Virus record (IMG/VR): IMGVR_UViG_3300020171_000001
Span: 64,001 to 128,000 of that record
Direction: 5' to 3' (one strand)
DNA length: 64,000 nt
Origin: a virus
The position numbers and the translations under genes are program-made. This document shows, one piece after another, positions 56,215 through 64,000 of this stretch; position 1 is the first letter of the stretch, and each line of letters begins with the position of its first letter. Below the pieces are notes generated by a model. It made no database searches. It worked only from the letters and a program-made list of their open reading frames with translations, and was not told where the DNA came from.

Positions 56215-56563
56215 TGGGTATGCTTCCTGTGTAGGCTGCGGTCTGCCCAAAGCGCCGTGGGCGCGAGCATCTTCGGGCATCTTCGCAGGTCTTCGACCGG
56301 AGGATGCACTGGACCCCCAGGGGGATGCCAAAGGCTTCGGTCTTCTCGCACCAGGTAGAACATGGCGTGCCGTCTGCGAGAACTCCGCCTTCTGCGCAAC
56401 CGAGGCTTTGCAGGTGCTGGCACATCATCGCGCATCCTCCGGTTTGGGACCTGGGCACGACCTCTGTATCTGGTGGGCTTGGCAGGCACCCCGCAGAGAG
56501 CACGGCGAGAACGCCAGCGAGAGCACCAGCGAGGGCCCCTGCGGCCCCTGCGTGCGCGGCCAT
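56189..56563 (-). CDS. Cys-rich putative lipoprotein
   Basis: Hydrophobic signal then LSAG-C; eight further Cys (CxxxC..C..CxxxC..C..C..C). Confidence 0.75.
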   Translation of the reverse strand: MAAHAGAAGALAGALAGVLAVLSAGCLPSPPDTEVVPRSQTGGCAMMCQHLQSLGCAEGGVLADGTPCSTWCEKTEAFGIPLGVQCILRSKTCEDARRCSRPRRFGQTAAYTGSIPNGHDGHAL

Positions 56564-57363
56564 CAACGGCTCCACGCCGGGGCATTGGACACGACCCAGA
56601 AGCCGTGCGAGGGGCCATCCGCGATGATACCCGGAGAGAGATAGCCAAAGCCCCGGTACCCCCAGGCACTGCCGAACCAGTTCTCCACGATGAACGCGTG
56701 CTGCGACATGTCGTAACCCACGATGACCATGGCGTGGAAGAAATCGGGCTTGTCCACATGCCCGTCTAATCGGCCATGGCGTAGTGGGTTGAGCATGCTG
56801 TAGGCAATCCACGCGTTGCGCATACCGCAGGAGAAAACCACTGGGAGACCGGCCTGGAGCGCCGCGTGAACCGCGGCCACACGGGCTGCCCCGGTCTTTC
56901 GTATGGGCCGAGCGAAGCCCGGGGCCGTGTGAACAAAAGCCCGCTGCAGGACGGCAAGGCTCGGTTCCTCGTGAATGGCCTGAAGACGCCAAGGCCAATC
57001 GGATTCTGCAGGCACACCGAGTTGCTCGACCACAGACACTGCAGACTCGAGAGAGACGGCAATGTTCCGCCAGGGGTCAGCCGGCGCGTAGACCTGCCGG
57101 GCCACAGTCCAGAGGAACAGCGGAGATGGATTCTCCCAGGCCTCCCCCGCCCGGTGTATCTTGGCCCAGACCTGCATGGCTCGGCAAAAGGCAAAAGCGA
57201 CGCATGCCTTGGTGCTCCACTGCTGAATCCGGTCAGGCCCGCAGTGCGCCCGGAAGTCTACCGGGCGTGGATCGATCTCCGGCAGGTATGCTTGGCGATC
57301 GATGAAGACGCCCATGCGGTCCGGTGCAACAGTGCTCTCCAGCGTAGCTGGCGGCGCGGGCAT
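56563..57363 (-). CDS. papain-like (C1) cysteine peptidase
   Basis: VDFR, QQ..KACVAFA (Cys), SPLFLW, HAMVIVGYD (His), ENWFG.AWG..GFG (Asn). Confidence 0.88.
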   Translation of the reverse strand: MPAPPATLESTVAPDRMGVFIDRQAYLPEIDPRPVDFRAHCGPDRIQQWSTKACVAFAFCRAMQVWAKIHRAGEAWENPSPLFLWTVARQVYAPADPWRNIAVSLESAVSVVEQLGVPAESDWPWRLQAIHEEPSLAVLQRAFVHTAPGFARPIRKTGAARVAAVHAALQAGLPVVFSCGMRNAWIAYSMLNPLRHGRLDGHVDKPDFFHAMVIVGYDMSQHAFIVENWFGSAWGYRGFGYLSPGIIADGPSHGFWVVSNAPAWSR

Positions 57364-58298
57364 CAGCCTGGCTCCTTGGGTACCAGCACGAAGGGCAACT
57401 CCGCGCACTGGAAACCCCCAGCACCCGCATGACCGCCGCCCCCGTGCTTCTCGCAGACCCTCGAGAGGTCCACGCTCGGATGCGTGGTGTAGAGTCGCAC
57501 GGTCCAGTGGCCGTTAGCCCAACCGAAGGTGCACATGGCGTGGTGCCGTTGCATGTCGAACACGGACTCCAAGACGAGAGAGCCCTTCTCCGCTGCGTTC
57601 ATGGCCACGAGCTTCATGCCGTCGAACTCGGTCTCGAAGCTGCACGCCTTGGCCGTCTGCTCGTACTGCAGCATCTGGTACAGATAGATGGCTTCGCCGT
57701 CCTGACATGTACTCCGGATGTCAGACTCGTCGCTCGCGAAGATCCGCTGCCAGTCCGGGGACTCGGGCATGAACTTGGCCATGCGCATGCCGTACTGGAA
57801 CGCAATCGCGTCGGGGTCTTCGTCGTGCTGCCACACGTCGTACAGGGACAGCAGATGCACGGTGCGCGGTACAGGCTCGTCCGGGAAGAAGCAGCGCCAC
57901 GCCAGTTCGCACGCAGCGATTCCCTCCTCCTGGAGTCCGGCCAGTTCGTGCCCGAGTTCGAGGACACCAGCCATGGCCGACCGATGGTGGTCAATCCAGA
58001 TCAGATTGCACAAGGCGTCGAGCTTGACCATCTCCTCGACGGGCTCGATGCACCAGTCTACCATGACCACCGTGGTATCTCGGTCGACCTTGTCCCACGG
58101 GAATGGCTTGCCGTAGTCCATTCCGAGGAGCTGGGCACCTGGGAACTTCCGCAGCGCAATAGCCCCGGCGCAGCGTCCGTCCAGGTCGCTCCGGTGATAC
58201 ACGATGAGGGTTGCGTTGCCCACGTCTGTGTCCGCTGCGGCCGGTTCGGTAGCCAAGCCTGTGGTGCCCGCGGTGTCCGTTGCATTCATGGTCTCCAT
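57363..58298 (-). CDS. DHH/DHHA1 phosphoesterase
   Basis: YH..DLDG, MVD, WIDHH, GGGGHAGAGGF. Confidence 0.92.
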   Translation of the reverse strand: METMNATDTAGTTGLATEPAAADTDVGNATLIVYHRSDLDGRCAGAIALRKFPGAQLLGMDYGKPFPWDKVDRDTTVVMVDWCIEPVEEMVKLDALCNLIWIDHHRSAMAGVLELGHELAGLQEEGIAACELAWRCFFPDEPVPRTVHLLSLYDVWQHDEDPDAIAFQYGMRMAKFMPESPDWQRIFASDESDIRSTCQDGEAIYLYQMLQYEQTAKACSFETEFDGMKLVAMNAAEKGSLVLESVFDMQRHHAMCTFGWANGHWTVRLYTTHPSVDLSRVCEKHGGGGHAGAGGFQCAELPFVLVPKEPG

Positions 58299-58311
58299 GT
58301 TTCTCTGCTCC

Positions 58312-58689
58312 TTACTTGACGAGGATTGTCTGCCGGAAGTCATCGCCGAAGACTCCCCGCAGGGCTACGAACAGCGGCTTGTTGATGATGTCAGCCACAG
58401 GCTTCTCGTGCTGCGTCTCCCCGAGTTCTCGGGGCAGGCGAAGGCCCTTCTCGGCCATGCTCGCGAGCAACCGGGAGATCCCGCGGGGTGTGAGGTCGCC
58501 GGCGTCGTTCATGCGTTTCAAGAAATGCGCGGGGATCGCCACCTGCTGCATCACCGCTTCAGCGGTTTCAGCAGTTTGGGGCACTCCGTCTTTCTCGAAG
58601 GTGAAGCGGTACCGTGTCTCGACCAGGATCTCCAGGCACTTCTCTCCGACGGCGCTGACAAAGCCACTCTGTCGCTCTTTCTCAAGCAT
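58312..58689 (-). CDS. hypothetical protein
   Basis: GGAGG RBS, operonic. Confidence 0.6.
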   Translation of the reverse strand: MLEKERQSGFVSAVGEKCLEILVETRYRFTFEKDGVPQTAETAEAVMQQVAIPAHFLKRMNDAGDLTPRGISRLLASMAEKGLRLPRELGETQHEKPVADIINKPLFVALRGVFGDDFRQTILVK

Positions 58690-58805
58690 TGGCTGCCTCC
58701 AATTGGCGATGGATTTCCATGGCCAGTACGAATGCGTGGCCCATGACCTTCGTCTCGCAAGCCACAACGTCTTCGTAGGTCATGCCCAAGCACCGAGCGA
58801 TCCGG

Positions 58806-59084
58806 TCATGTCAAAATCCCCCCGCGGGCGATGAACATGAGCGGAAACCCGTTAGCATGCGCTGGCATCAGGATCACGAGCGCTGTCCCATCAGGGAGAC
58901 CCGCGATCATGTCCTTGCGCTGCTCTGAGAGCACTCGCCGCGTGTCTTCCACCACATCCAACGTCAGGTCGTGCATCTCGAAGTACGACTCAGAGACCCC
59001 GAGCCAGCGCCCGCGCTGCCCCGTTTCGCCCGTAGCGAACAGGTGGATCTCCATCTTGCAACAGGCGCCCTGCGCGATGATCAT
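58806..59084 (-). CDS. hypothetical protein
   Basis: ATGA-coupled to the DUF1848 gene. Confidence 0.5.
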   Translation of the reverse strand: MIIAQGACCKMEIHLFATGETGQRGRWLGVSESYFEMHDLTLDVVEDTRRVLSEQRKDMIAGLPDGTALVILMPAHANGFPLMFIARGGILT

Positions 59085-59836
59085 GGGACTTCTCCATCGT
59101 GCCAGTAGCAATAGAGACATCCGTGGGCGCATGGCCCGTGGCCGGCGAGCAGCTCGTGCTTCCCAGCGATGCAGCCGCAGCCCTCTCGTCGCCGGTCCTG
59201 CCGCCGCGGGTCGCAGACCAGATCCTCATCGTCGGGCTTGAGACTCAGGGCCTCAAGGTCGCGATGGCTCACGCACCCCGGATCGCACACGATGCCAGGC
59301 TCGCCGCAGACCTCGATGCTTTCAGGCTCAGGCAGGAGGTCTTGCAGGTCACTCAGTGCGTCGATGCGCGTGTCCAGAGGCGCATGGAAACCATAGGGGA
59401 GTGCAGGAGCACCAGCTGCGGCAAGGCGCGCCCGGACATGCTTGTAGTTGTCCAGGAACGAAACCCGGACTCGGTCCCCGACGCGCAGTCCTGCGAGGCG
59501 GATCACACCCTGAGATGCCTGGAGCCAGGGCCTCAGGGGGACGATGGGATCGACCCGGAGCACCGCGCGCTGGCCCCCAAGACGGTCCCGCAGCGCCTGG
59601 TAAGCCTCGAGAGCCACGAGGTGCGCAGGCACACCAGGCTCCAGGGCAGAGCCGCCGTAGCCCGTGATGGTGCTATGGACAATGATGTTCTCGGGCCAGT
59701 CCATCCCAGCGAGCCGGCGGGCGAGCTTGCCTGGGTTCTTCGTGATCAGTATGGCCGGGTGACCGTGCCTGACCCAGGGCTTCCAGCGCGTGTCGAGAGA
59801 TGCGTCGCCGCGCTCTGTGATTCCAATGATGGTCAC
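59081..59836 (-). CDS. DUF1848-family protein (SP-lyase-like, C-terminal Fe-S motif)
   Basis: ITKNP, TITGYG..LEPGVP, LRVDPI, SFLD.Y, C.E, R..CGC, CAHGCLYCY. Confidence 0.85.
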   Translation of the reverse strand: MTIIGITERGDASLDTRWKPWVRHGHPAILITKNPGKLARRLAGMDWPENIIVHSTITGYGGSALEPGVPAHLVALEAYQALRDRLGGQRAVLRVDPIVPLRPWLQASQGVIRLAGLRVGDRVRVSFLDNYKHVRARLAAAGAPALPYGFHAPLDTRIDALSDLQDLLPEPESIEVCGEPGIVCDPGCVSHRDLEALSLKPDDEDLVCDPRRQDRRREGCGCIAGKHELLAGHGPCAHGCLYCYWHDGEVP

Positions 59837-60357
59837 GTGTTGACCTCTTCCCAGAGCTTCTGGAGATCGACAGGGTTGACCGAGCCTCGGTAGTCGTTGA
59901 TCTTGCCGCGGTTTCCGGTGAGCGTTTCAAAGGCGAGACGGCCCACGGCCACGACCACGGCTTCGGGGTTCCCCTGGGTCACCGAGAGGAGCTCGCCGAT
60001 GAGCCGCCGACGGCATGCCTTGGCCGAGAGCTTCTTGACCAAGTCCAGCCCCAGCGTGGCTCCGCTGGCCAGTAGAACCTTGCGGGGCTGGCAAAGCGCA
60101 CAATTCGATGTCCACACCTGCTCCCGGGTGAATCCCGAAGGGTCTCCGCCGTTGGCGCACATGACCCACTGCGCCTTGCCAGTGGCACCGACGAAGCCCC
60201 TGCCCTCGCGAACCTCACTCGTGCCTGGGCCCTCGCCCACGATGCAGAGCTTGGCCGGGTAGATACCGTCGGGCAAAACCATGCGGTCTCCGCGCAGCGG
60301 GCACAGATGACAATCGGGCTGCACGATCAGCCCGTGGTAGTAGTACGGGGCTGGCAC
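59833..60357 (-). CDS. uracil-DNA glycosylase family 4, N-terminal fragment (lacks the PTxH motif)
   Basis: CHLCPL, VGEGPG..E...GRGFVG.TG, SNCALCQP, ACRRRL..EL, VVAVGRLA, INDYRGS, then stop. Confidence 0.9.
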   Translation of the reverse strand: MPAPYYYHGLIVQPDCHLCPLRGDRMVLPDGIYPAKLCIVGEGPGTSEVREGRGFVGATGKAQWVMCANGGDPSGFTREQVWTSNCALCQPRKVLLASGATLGLDLVKKLSAKACRRRLIGELLSVTQGNPEAVVVAVGRLAFETLTGNRGKINDYRGSVNPVDLQKLWEEVNT

Positions 60358-60885
60358 CTACGGTGTCTCCTCGGGGGGCCTCGTATCCCAAATGTCTTCT
60401 GTGGCCCTTGCCGGCCCCGGATTCATGTACTCCTGCCACGTCCGGTCGAAGAAGTGCCGCCCCCGCGCTTCCTGCGACGGGCCGCCCATCGGGAAGTACA
60501 TGTGGAGGCAACCCGGAACCACGACGTCGGGGCACCCGCCCAGCGCCTGGAGTATCTCCCGGAGCCTTGAGCGGAGTTCCTCTGCGTAGCTTTCGGGGCG
60601 CGCGTGGACCACCAGAGCCAATGGCCCGCAAATGGCCGGTCTGCGCAGAGCCGCGGCCGCAGCCGTGCATAGCATCTTCGTGGTCTCGCCAGTCCTCCGT
60701 CTGGACAAGATAGCGTCGGTCGTTTGCTCGTCGCCGTTTTGCCCGCGCCGTTCCACGGCCTGTCGGATGCCCTCCAGGAACATCTCCCTCCAGGGCATTA
60801 GGCCGAGAGCATCAGCTACACGTTCTGGAGTCCAAACCGGTGCAACAGCGGCAGCAGTTGGATCCACCTCGGAACCTGTTGCCAT
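60358..60885 (-). CDS. hypothetical protein
   Basis: GGAG RBS; RRTGETT weakly P-loop-like. Confidence 0.55.
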   Translation of the reverse strand: MATGSEVDPTAAAVAPVWTPERVADALGLMPWREMFLEGIRQAVERRGQNGDEQTTDAILSRRRTGETTKMLCTAAAAALRRPAICGPLALVVHARPESYAEELRSRLREILQALGGCPDVVVPGCLHMYFPMGGPSQEARGRHFFDRTWQEYMNPGPARATEDIWDTRPPEETP

Positions 60886-60958
60886 CTTCAGTCTCCATTC
60901 TCGTAGCGAGAAGAATGCGGCCAGCCCCCAAGACCGCGGGGGCTGGCGCATCACTGCG

Positions 60959-61612
60959 TTAGCCCCTCGGCGGCGGGGGCGGGGGCGGGGGCGGGACCAT
61001 GCCCTGGGCCGGGGCCGCGGGCGCCGCGGGCGCCGCGGGCGGGGCCGGCGGAGCAGCCGGCTGCGCAGGCGCCATGGGCTGGGCCGGCGGGGCCGGCGGG
61101 GCAGCCTGCGGCATGGCGCTGCCGACCTGCTGCTGGGTCACGTAGGCCCAGGTCTCGTCGGTGTAGGGGAGCCGTGCGTTGACGAAGTTGTTCGTGCCCT
61201 GCTTGTTGGGCACCAGCAGGACGATGTACCGGTAGCCGACGCACACGCCCGCGTCGATCTTGTGCCCGGACGCAGCGAGCTGCTGCAGGTAGCCGGCCAG
61301 GGCCTCCTCGCCGCCCATGCACGCGGACCAGAGGGCTTTGTGGGCCTGCATGTCGCGGGTGTCCCGCTCCTTGTCGCCGGTCTTGCCGTCCCCGATCATG
61401 TCGCTGTAGGGCCGGTCCTTCTTCTCGGTGGTGGCGTTGGGCCCGAGGACGATCTTGGTGCGGTACCGGGTGTACGTCCCGGGGCTGCTCTTGTACGCCT
61501 GCTGCGTGTCCACGTCCGTGACCTCAAGGAGATAGTACCCCTCGGGGTACGCGACGTAGCCACCGGACGGCGTGCTGAGGAACTGATTCGGATCGAACGG
61601 GAGTTCTTTCAT
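60959..61612 (-). CDS. putative single-stranded DNA-binding protein (DUF669-like) with a Pro/Ala tail
   Basis: YVAYPEGYYLLEVTDV OB-fold start; lies directly after the Sak4-like ATPase; strong codon bias. Confidence 0.7.
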   Translation of the reverse strand: MKELPFDPNQFLSTPSGGYVAYPEGYYLLEVTDVDTQQAYKSSPGTYTRYRTKIVLGPNATTEKKDRPYSDMIGDGKTGDKERDTRDMQAHKALWSACMGGEEALAGYLQQLAASGHKIDAGVCVGYRYIVLLVPNKQGTNNFVNARLPYTDETWAYVTQQQVGSAMPQAAPPAPPAQPMAPAQPAAPPAPPAAPAAPAAPAQGMVPPPPPPPPPRG

Positions 61613-61667
61613 ACTGTGTCTCCTGCGGCCTCTTCGGACCGGTTACGGGCCCCATGGACCCCGTGCG

Positions 61668-63782
61668 TTACTCTGACCGACTGGGCAGAGCAATATGGTT
61701 GTAGATACGGTTGTAGACAGCCCGGAAGGTGGGCACCCCTGGGATTTCCGGATCCACCAGTTTGCCTTCCGAGAATGCAAAAGCGAATCGGTGTCCTACG
61801 CTCCCAATGCTCTTCTCATCAGGGGTCGTCCAGAAGATCGGGCGGGTGACCCGCCGGCCCACAGCACTGCCGAGCGTGATGGCCTCTTCTTTCAGCTCGG
61901 TCTGGATGATCAGGTCTGCGCCGGCCGGCACGTACGTGCGGTTTTGGCCGCTGATCCCCAGCACGATCTTGTCCACCTCGGTTTCGCCTGTGGGCCGCCC
62001 CTGCGCGTTGAGCTTTTCGCGCATGACGGCTTGCTCGTGCCCCACGATGATGCGATTCAGTGGCAGTGCGTTGATCCCCTCCTGGAGCACCTGGAGGAAG
62101 TTGTTGAACTGGCCATAGTCAGCGCGCTCGAACAGAACACCGCCCTGCTCCTGCATGCGTTCGGCCCAGCGCTTCGACGGATCGTTGCTCTTTCGCCCGA
62201 GGCCTTGCAGTCCTGGAGGCGGGCGTGTGTCGCTGAGCATGCTGTATCGGAATGCGATCAGGTCCGTCATCCAGAGCCGCTGGAGGAATCCGATGGAGTC
62301 CAGTACAACCGTGGCCACGCCCCATGCGAGCCAGTTGGCCTCGATCATCTTGATCGCGTCCAGCAGACAATGCTTTGGCGGATACCCCGAGATGTTCTCC
62401 GCGTCACGCGACGATCCAGAGTAGTAGATGTCGAAGTGCGGTGGCTCCGACCGGTTGAAAACTGGCGGCGGCAGATCCTTGTTCTTCCACTGGCTCAGGA
62501 GGTACTGCGCGATCTGCGGGTAGGTCCCCAGCGCCGCGTTGCCGCCTTCGGCCACGATGTTCAGCACGATGGGCGCCGGCCATTGATAGCACCAGGTGGA
62601 GTTGTGCACCACGAAGTCATTGGCCACGAAGTTGTGACTGCCGTCTACAGTCAAGTCGTAGACTGTATCGACATGGGTAGGTACCACACTGATGACTCGA
62701 TCAAAGACAATGGGACCGAGGCGATCCAACTGGGTTTCAGATCCCCGTACCTGGTACAGCGCGGCGCGCACGACCTCTGCCTTGGCGAGCTTCCCGCCGA
62801 AGAAGCCAATCTCGTCGATGAAGCGTAGCACGTTGGCCTTGCTGGAAATAGCCAGATCAGAGCCATAATGCTCACCGCCGCGCAGACGTTCTCCGACGAT
62901 CGAGACGATACCGAAGCGGGAGAGTAGGTGTTGGACCTGCTGGACGAGGCGAGTCGATGTCGAACTATAGCTCACTTGCCCTGTGATGTGCACCGATCCG
63001 TCGCAGGTGAACAGCCGGTTGAGAAACAGAGCCAGTTTACGCTTCTTGAGACCGAATACGAAGTCCGGGATGAACTTGTCGGGGGATCGCAGCCCGTGCA
63101 ATCCTACCTTCTTGAGGAAGGTGATGATGCTGTTGCGCTTGCCCTTCTTGCCGCGTACCCGGACGTGGGATATTCCCTCCTTGTTGGTGAACTCCACGCA
63201 CTCGCCGCCTCTGGCCTCCACCGCGGCTTCGAAGTCCATACGGACCTCTGGATCAGCCTTGGTGAAGACGGGCGAGGAGCTTGGGCCAAGGGATCCGTCG
63301 GCGATGAGATAGGCCAGGATCTTGATCAGCGAGTCGTTGGTCTTGGTGCTGCCGAACATGCTCGGGTATTCGGCAATGATAGCTACACGGTCCCCAACAC
63401 CCAGATCGGAGAGGTCTTTCCAGCCTCCTCGTGTGAGGAACGGATGGTTGCCAGTAGCCTCGATGCTCCGCCCCGTCTGGGTCGTCAGTCGGTAGAGCTG
63501 GGCAGGCTCATGAATTGAATAGCCACTCGGGCGCTGCGGCACAATGACGCTGGCCTCTTTCATGGTGAAGACACTCGCCTCGCTACCTTCAACCACGTCC
63601 TTTATTGTCGTGGGGCGTCCAGTGCCCGGGTCGTACATGATCGTGTCGCCGCTCAGGCACTTCCATGTCTTGGGCGGCCCAAAGATGAGAACGGAGCACT
63701 TCTTCGATGTCTTTGGATCCACCAGGGTGGATTGGTCCACAGATGCCTCGTAGGTCACGGCGTCATTCCATTGCGCGGTCAT
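61668..63782 (-). CDS. AAA_24/Sak4-like ATPase (ssDNA annealing/recombination), intein-containing
   Basis: LIFGPPKTWK|S P-loop, VVLDS Walker B, IVGHE, ADLI; adjacent SSB-like gene. Confidence 0.8.
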   Translation of the reverse strand: MTAQWNDAVTYEASVDQSTLVDPKTSKKCSVLIFGPPKTWKCLSGDTIMYDPGTGRPTTIKDVVEGSEASVFTMKEASVIVPQRPSGYSIHEPAQLYRLTTQTGRSIEATGNHPFLTRGGWKDLSDLGVGDRVAIIAEYPSMFGSTKTNDSLIKILAYLIADGSLGPSSSPVFTKADPEVRMDFEAAVEARGGECVEFTNKEGISHVRVRGKKGKRNSIITFLKKVGLHGLRSPDKFIPDFVFGLKKRKLALFLNRLFTCDGSVHITGQVSYSSTSTRLVQQVQHLLSRFGIVSIVGERLRGGEHYGSDLAISSKANVLRFIDEIGFFGGKLAKAEVVRAALYQVRGSETQLDRLGPIVFDRVISVVPTHVDTVYDLTVDGSHNFVANDFVVHNSTWCYQWPAPIVLNIVAEGGNAALGTYPQIAQYLLSQWKNKDLPPPVFNRSEPPHFDIYYSGSSRDAENISGYPPKHCLLDAIKMIEANWLAWGVATVVLDSIGFLQRLWMTDLIAFRYSMLSDTRPPPGLQGLGRKSNDPSKRWAERMQEQGGVLFERADYGQFNNFLQVLQEGINALPLNRIIVGHEQAVMREKLNAQGRPTGETEVDKIVLGISGQNRTYVPAGADLIIQTELKEEAITLGSAVGRRVTRPIFWTTPDEKSIGSVGHRFAFAFSEGKLVDPEIPGVPTFRAVYNRIYNHIALPSRSE
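62601..63659 (-). mobile_element. intein with LAGLIDADG homing endonuclease (353 aa)
   Basis: Begins CLSGDT, block B ATGNHPF, LAYLIADGS and LFTCDGS, ends VYDLTV..HNFVAN.FVVHN followed by Ser; visibly lower GC. Confidence 0.95.
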
Positions 63783-63988
63783 GCGTTCTCCGTTGGGAAG
63801 ACCTGCCACAGGATCACTCGGTCTTCGTTGTCTTGCACGATGACGGCCCAGCCCTTTCCAGGGCAATACCCGAGGCCGGCGAGCGTGTCCTCGTCCAGAC
63901 TCTCGAGACACGCCAGTGCTTCCGGCGGCGCGCCGTGCAACGCCCATTGCTCGGCCGGGACAAGAGGGAAGTCGGTAAGCGGATCCAC
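63779..63988 (-). CDS. hypothetical protein (may extend beyond the window)
   Basis: ATGA-coupled to the ATPase. Confidence 0.55.
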   Translation of the reverse strand: MDPLTDFPLVPAEQWALHGAPPEALACLESLDEDTLAGLGYCPGKGWAVIVQDNEDRVILWQVFPTENA

Positions 63989-64000
63989 GAGTTCTTCAGT

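Noticed and set aside
53032-60357. Z-genome or deazaguanine modification pathway
   Set aside because: No purZ/datZ or folE/queCDE/dpdA homolog recognised in the window
1-64000. tRNA/rRNA genes, integrase or att sites
   Set aside because: None recognised by eye; a tRNAscan/Infernal run would be needed to exclude small RNAs, and lifestyle cannot be determined from this window

Overview
A GC-rich (about 65% by eye) segment of a contractile-tailed (myovirus-like) phage or prophage genome, organised in three blocks. (1) 1-18.5 kb, minus strand: an ~11 kb translationally coupled cluster of glycan-building and tailoring enzymes (3 glycosyltransferase domains, 2 sulfotransferases, 5 SAM-methyltransferase domains, a glutaminase-less asparagine-synthetase-like ligase, a transglutaminase-like protein and a DHFEP/HxHH metallo-domain), followed by fibre-like genes, a holin-like membrane cassette and the start of a C5 cytosine methyltransferase. 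(2) 18.7-52 kb, plus strand: the virion module, with portal, XkdF-like protease, scaffold, major capsid, neck, sheath, tube, a probably frameshifted tail chaperone, tape measure, baseplate and fibre genes. No terminase lies in the window. (3) 52-64 kb, minus strand: replication and repair genes, namely an intein-containing Sak4-like AAA ATPase, an SSB-like protein, a family-4 UDG, DUF1848, a DHH phosphoesterase, a papain-like peptidase, a divergent PolA and a deoxynucleoside kinase. The most notable candidates for new biology are the phage-borne sulfation/methylation/glycosylation cluster and a UDG domain split between two genes 3.8 kb apart, with its catalytic-His motif forming the very N-terminus of the DNA polymerase. 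All calls come from motif recognition by eye; no database searches were run.
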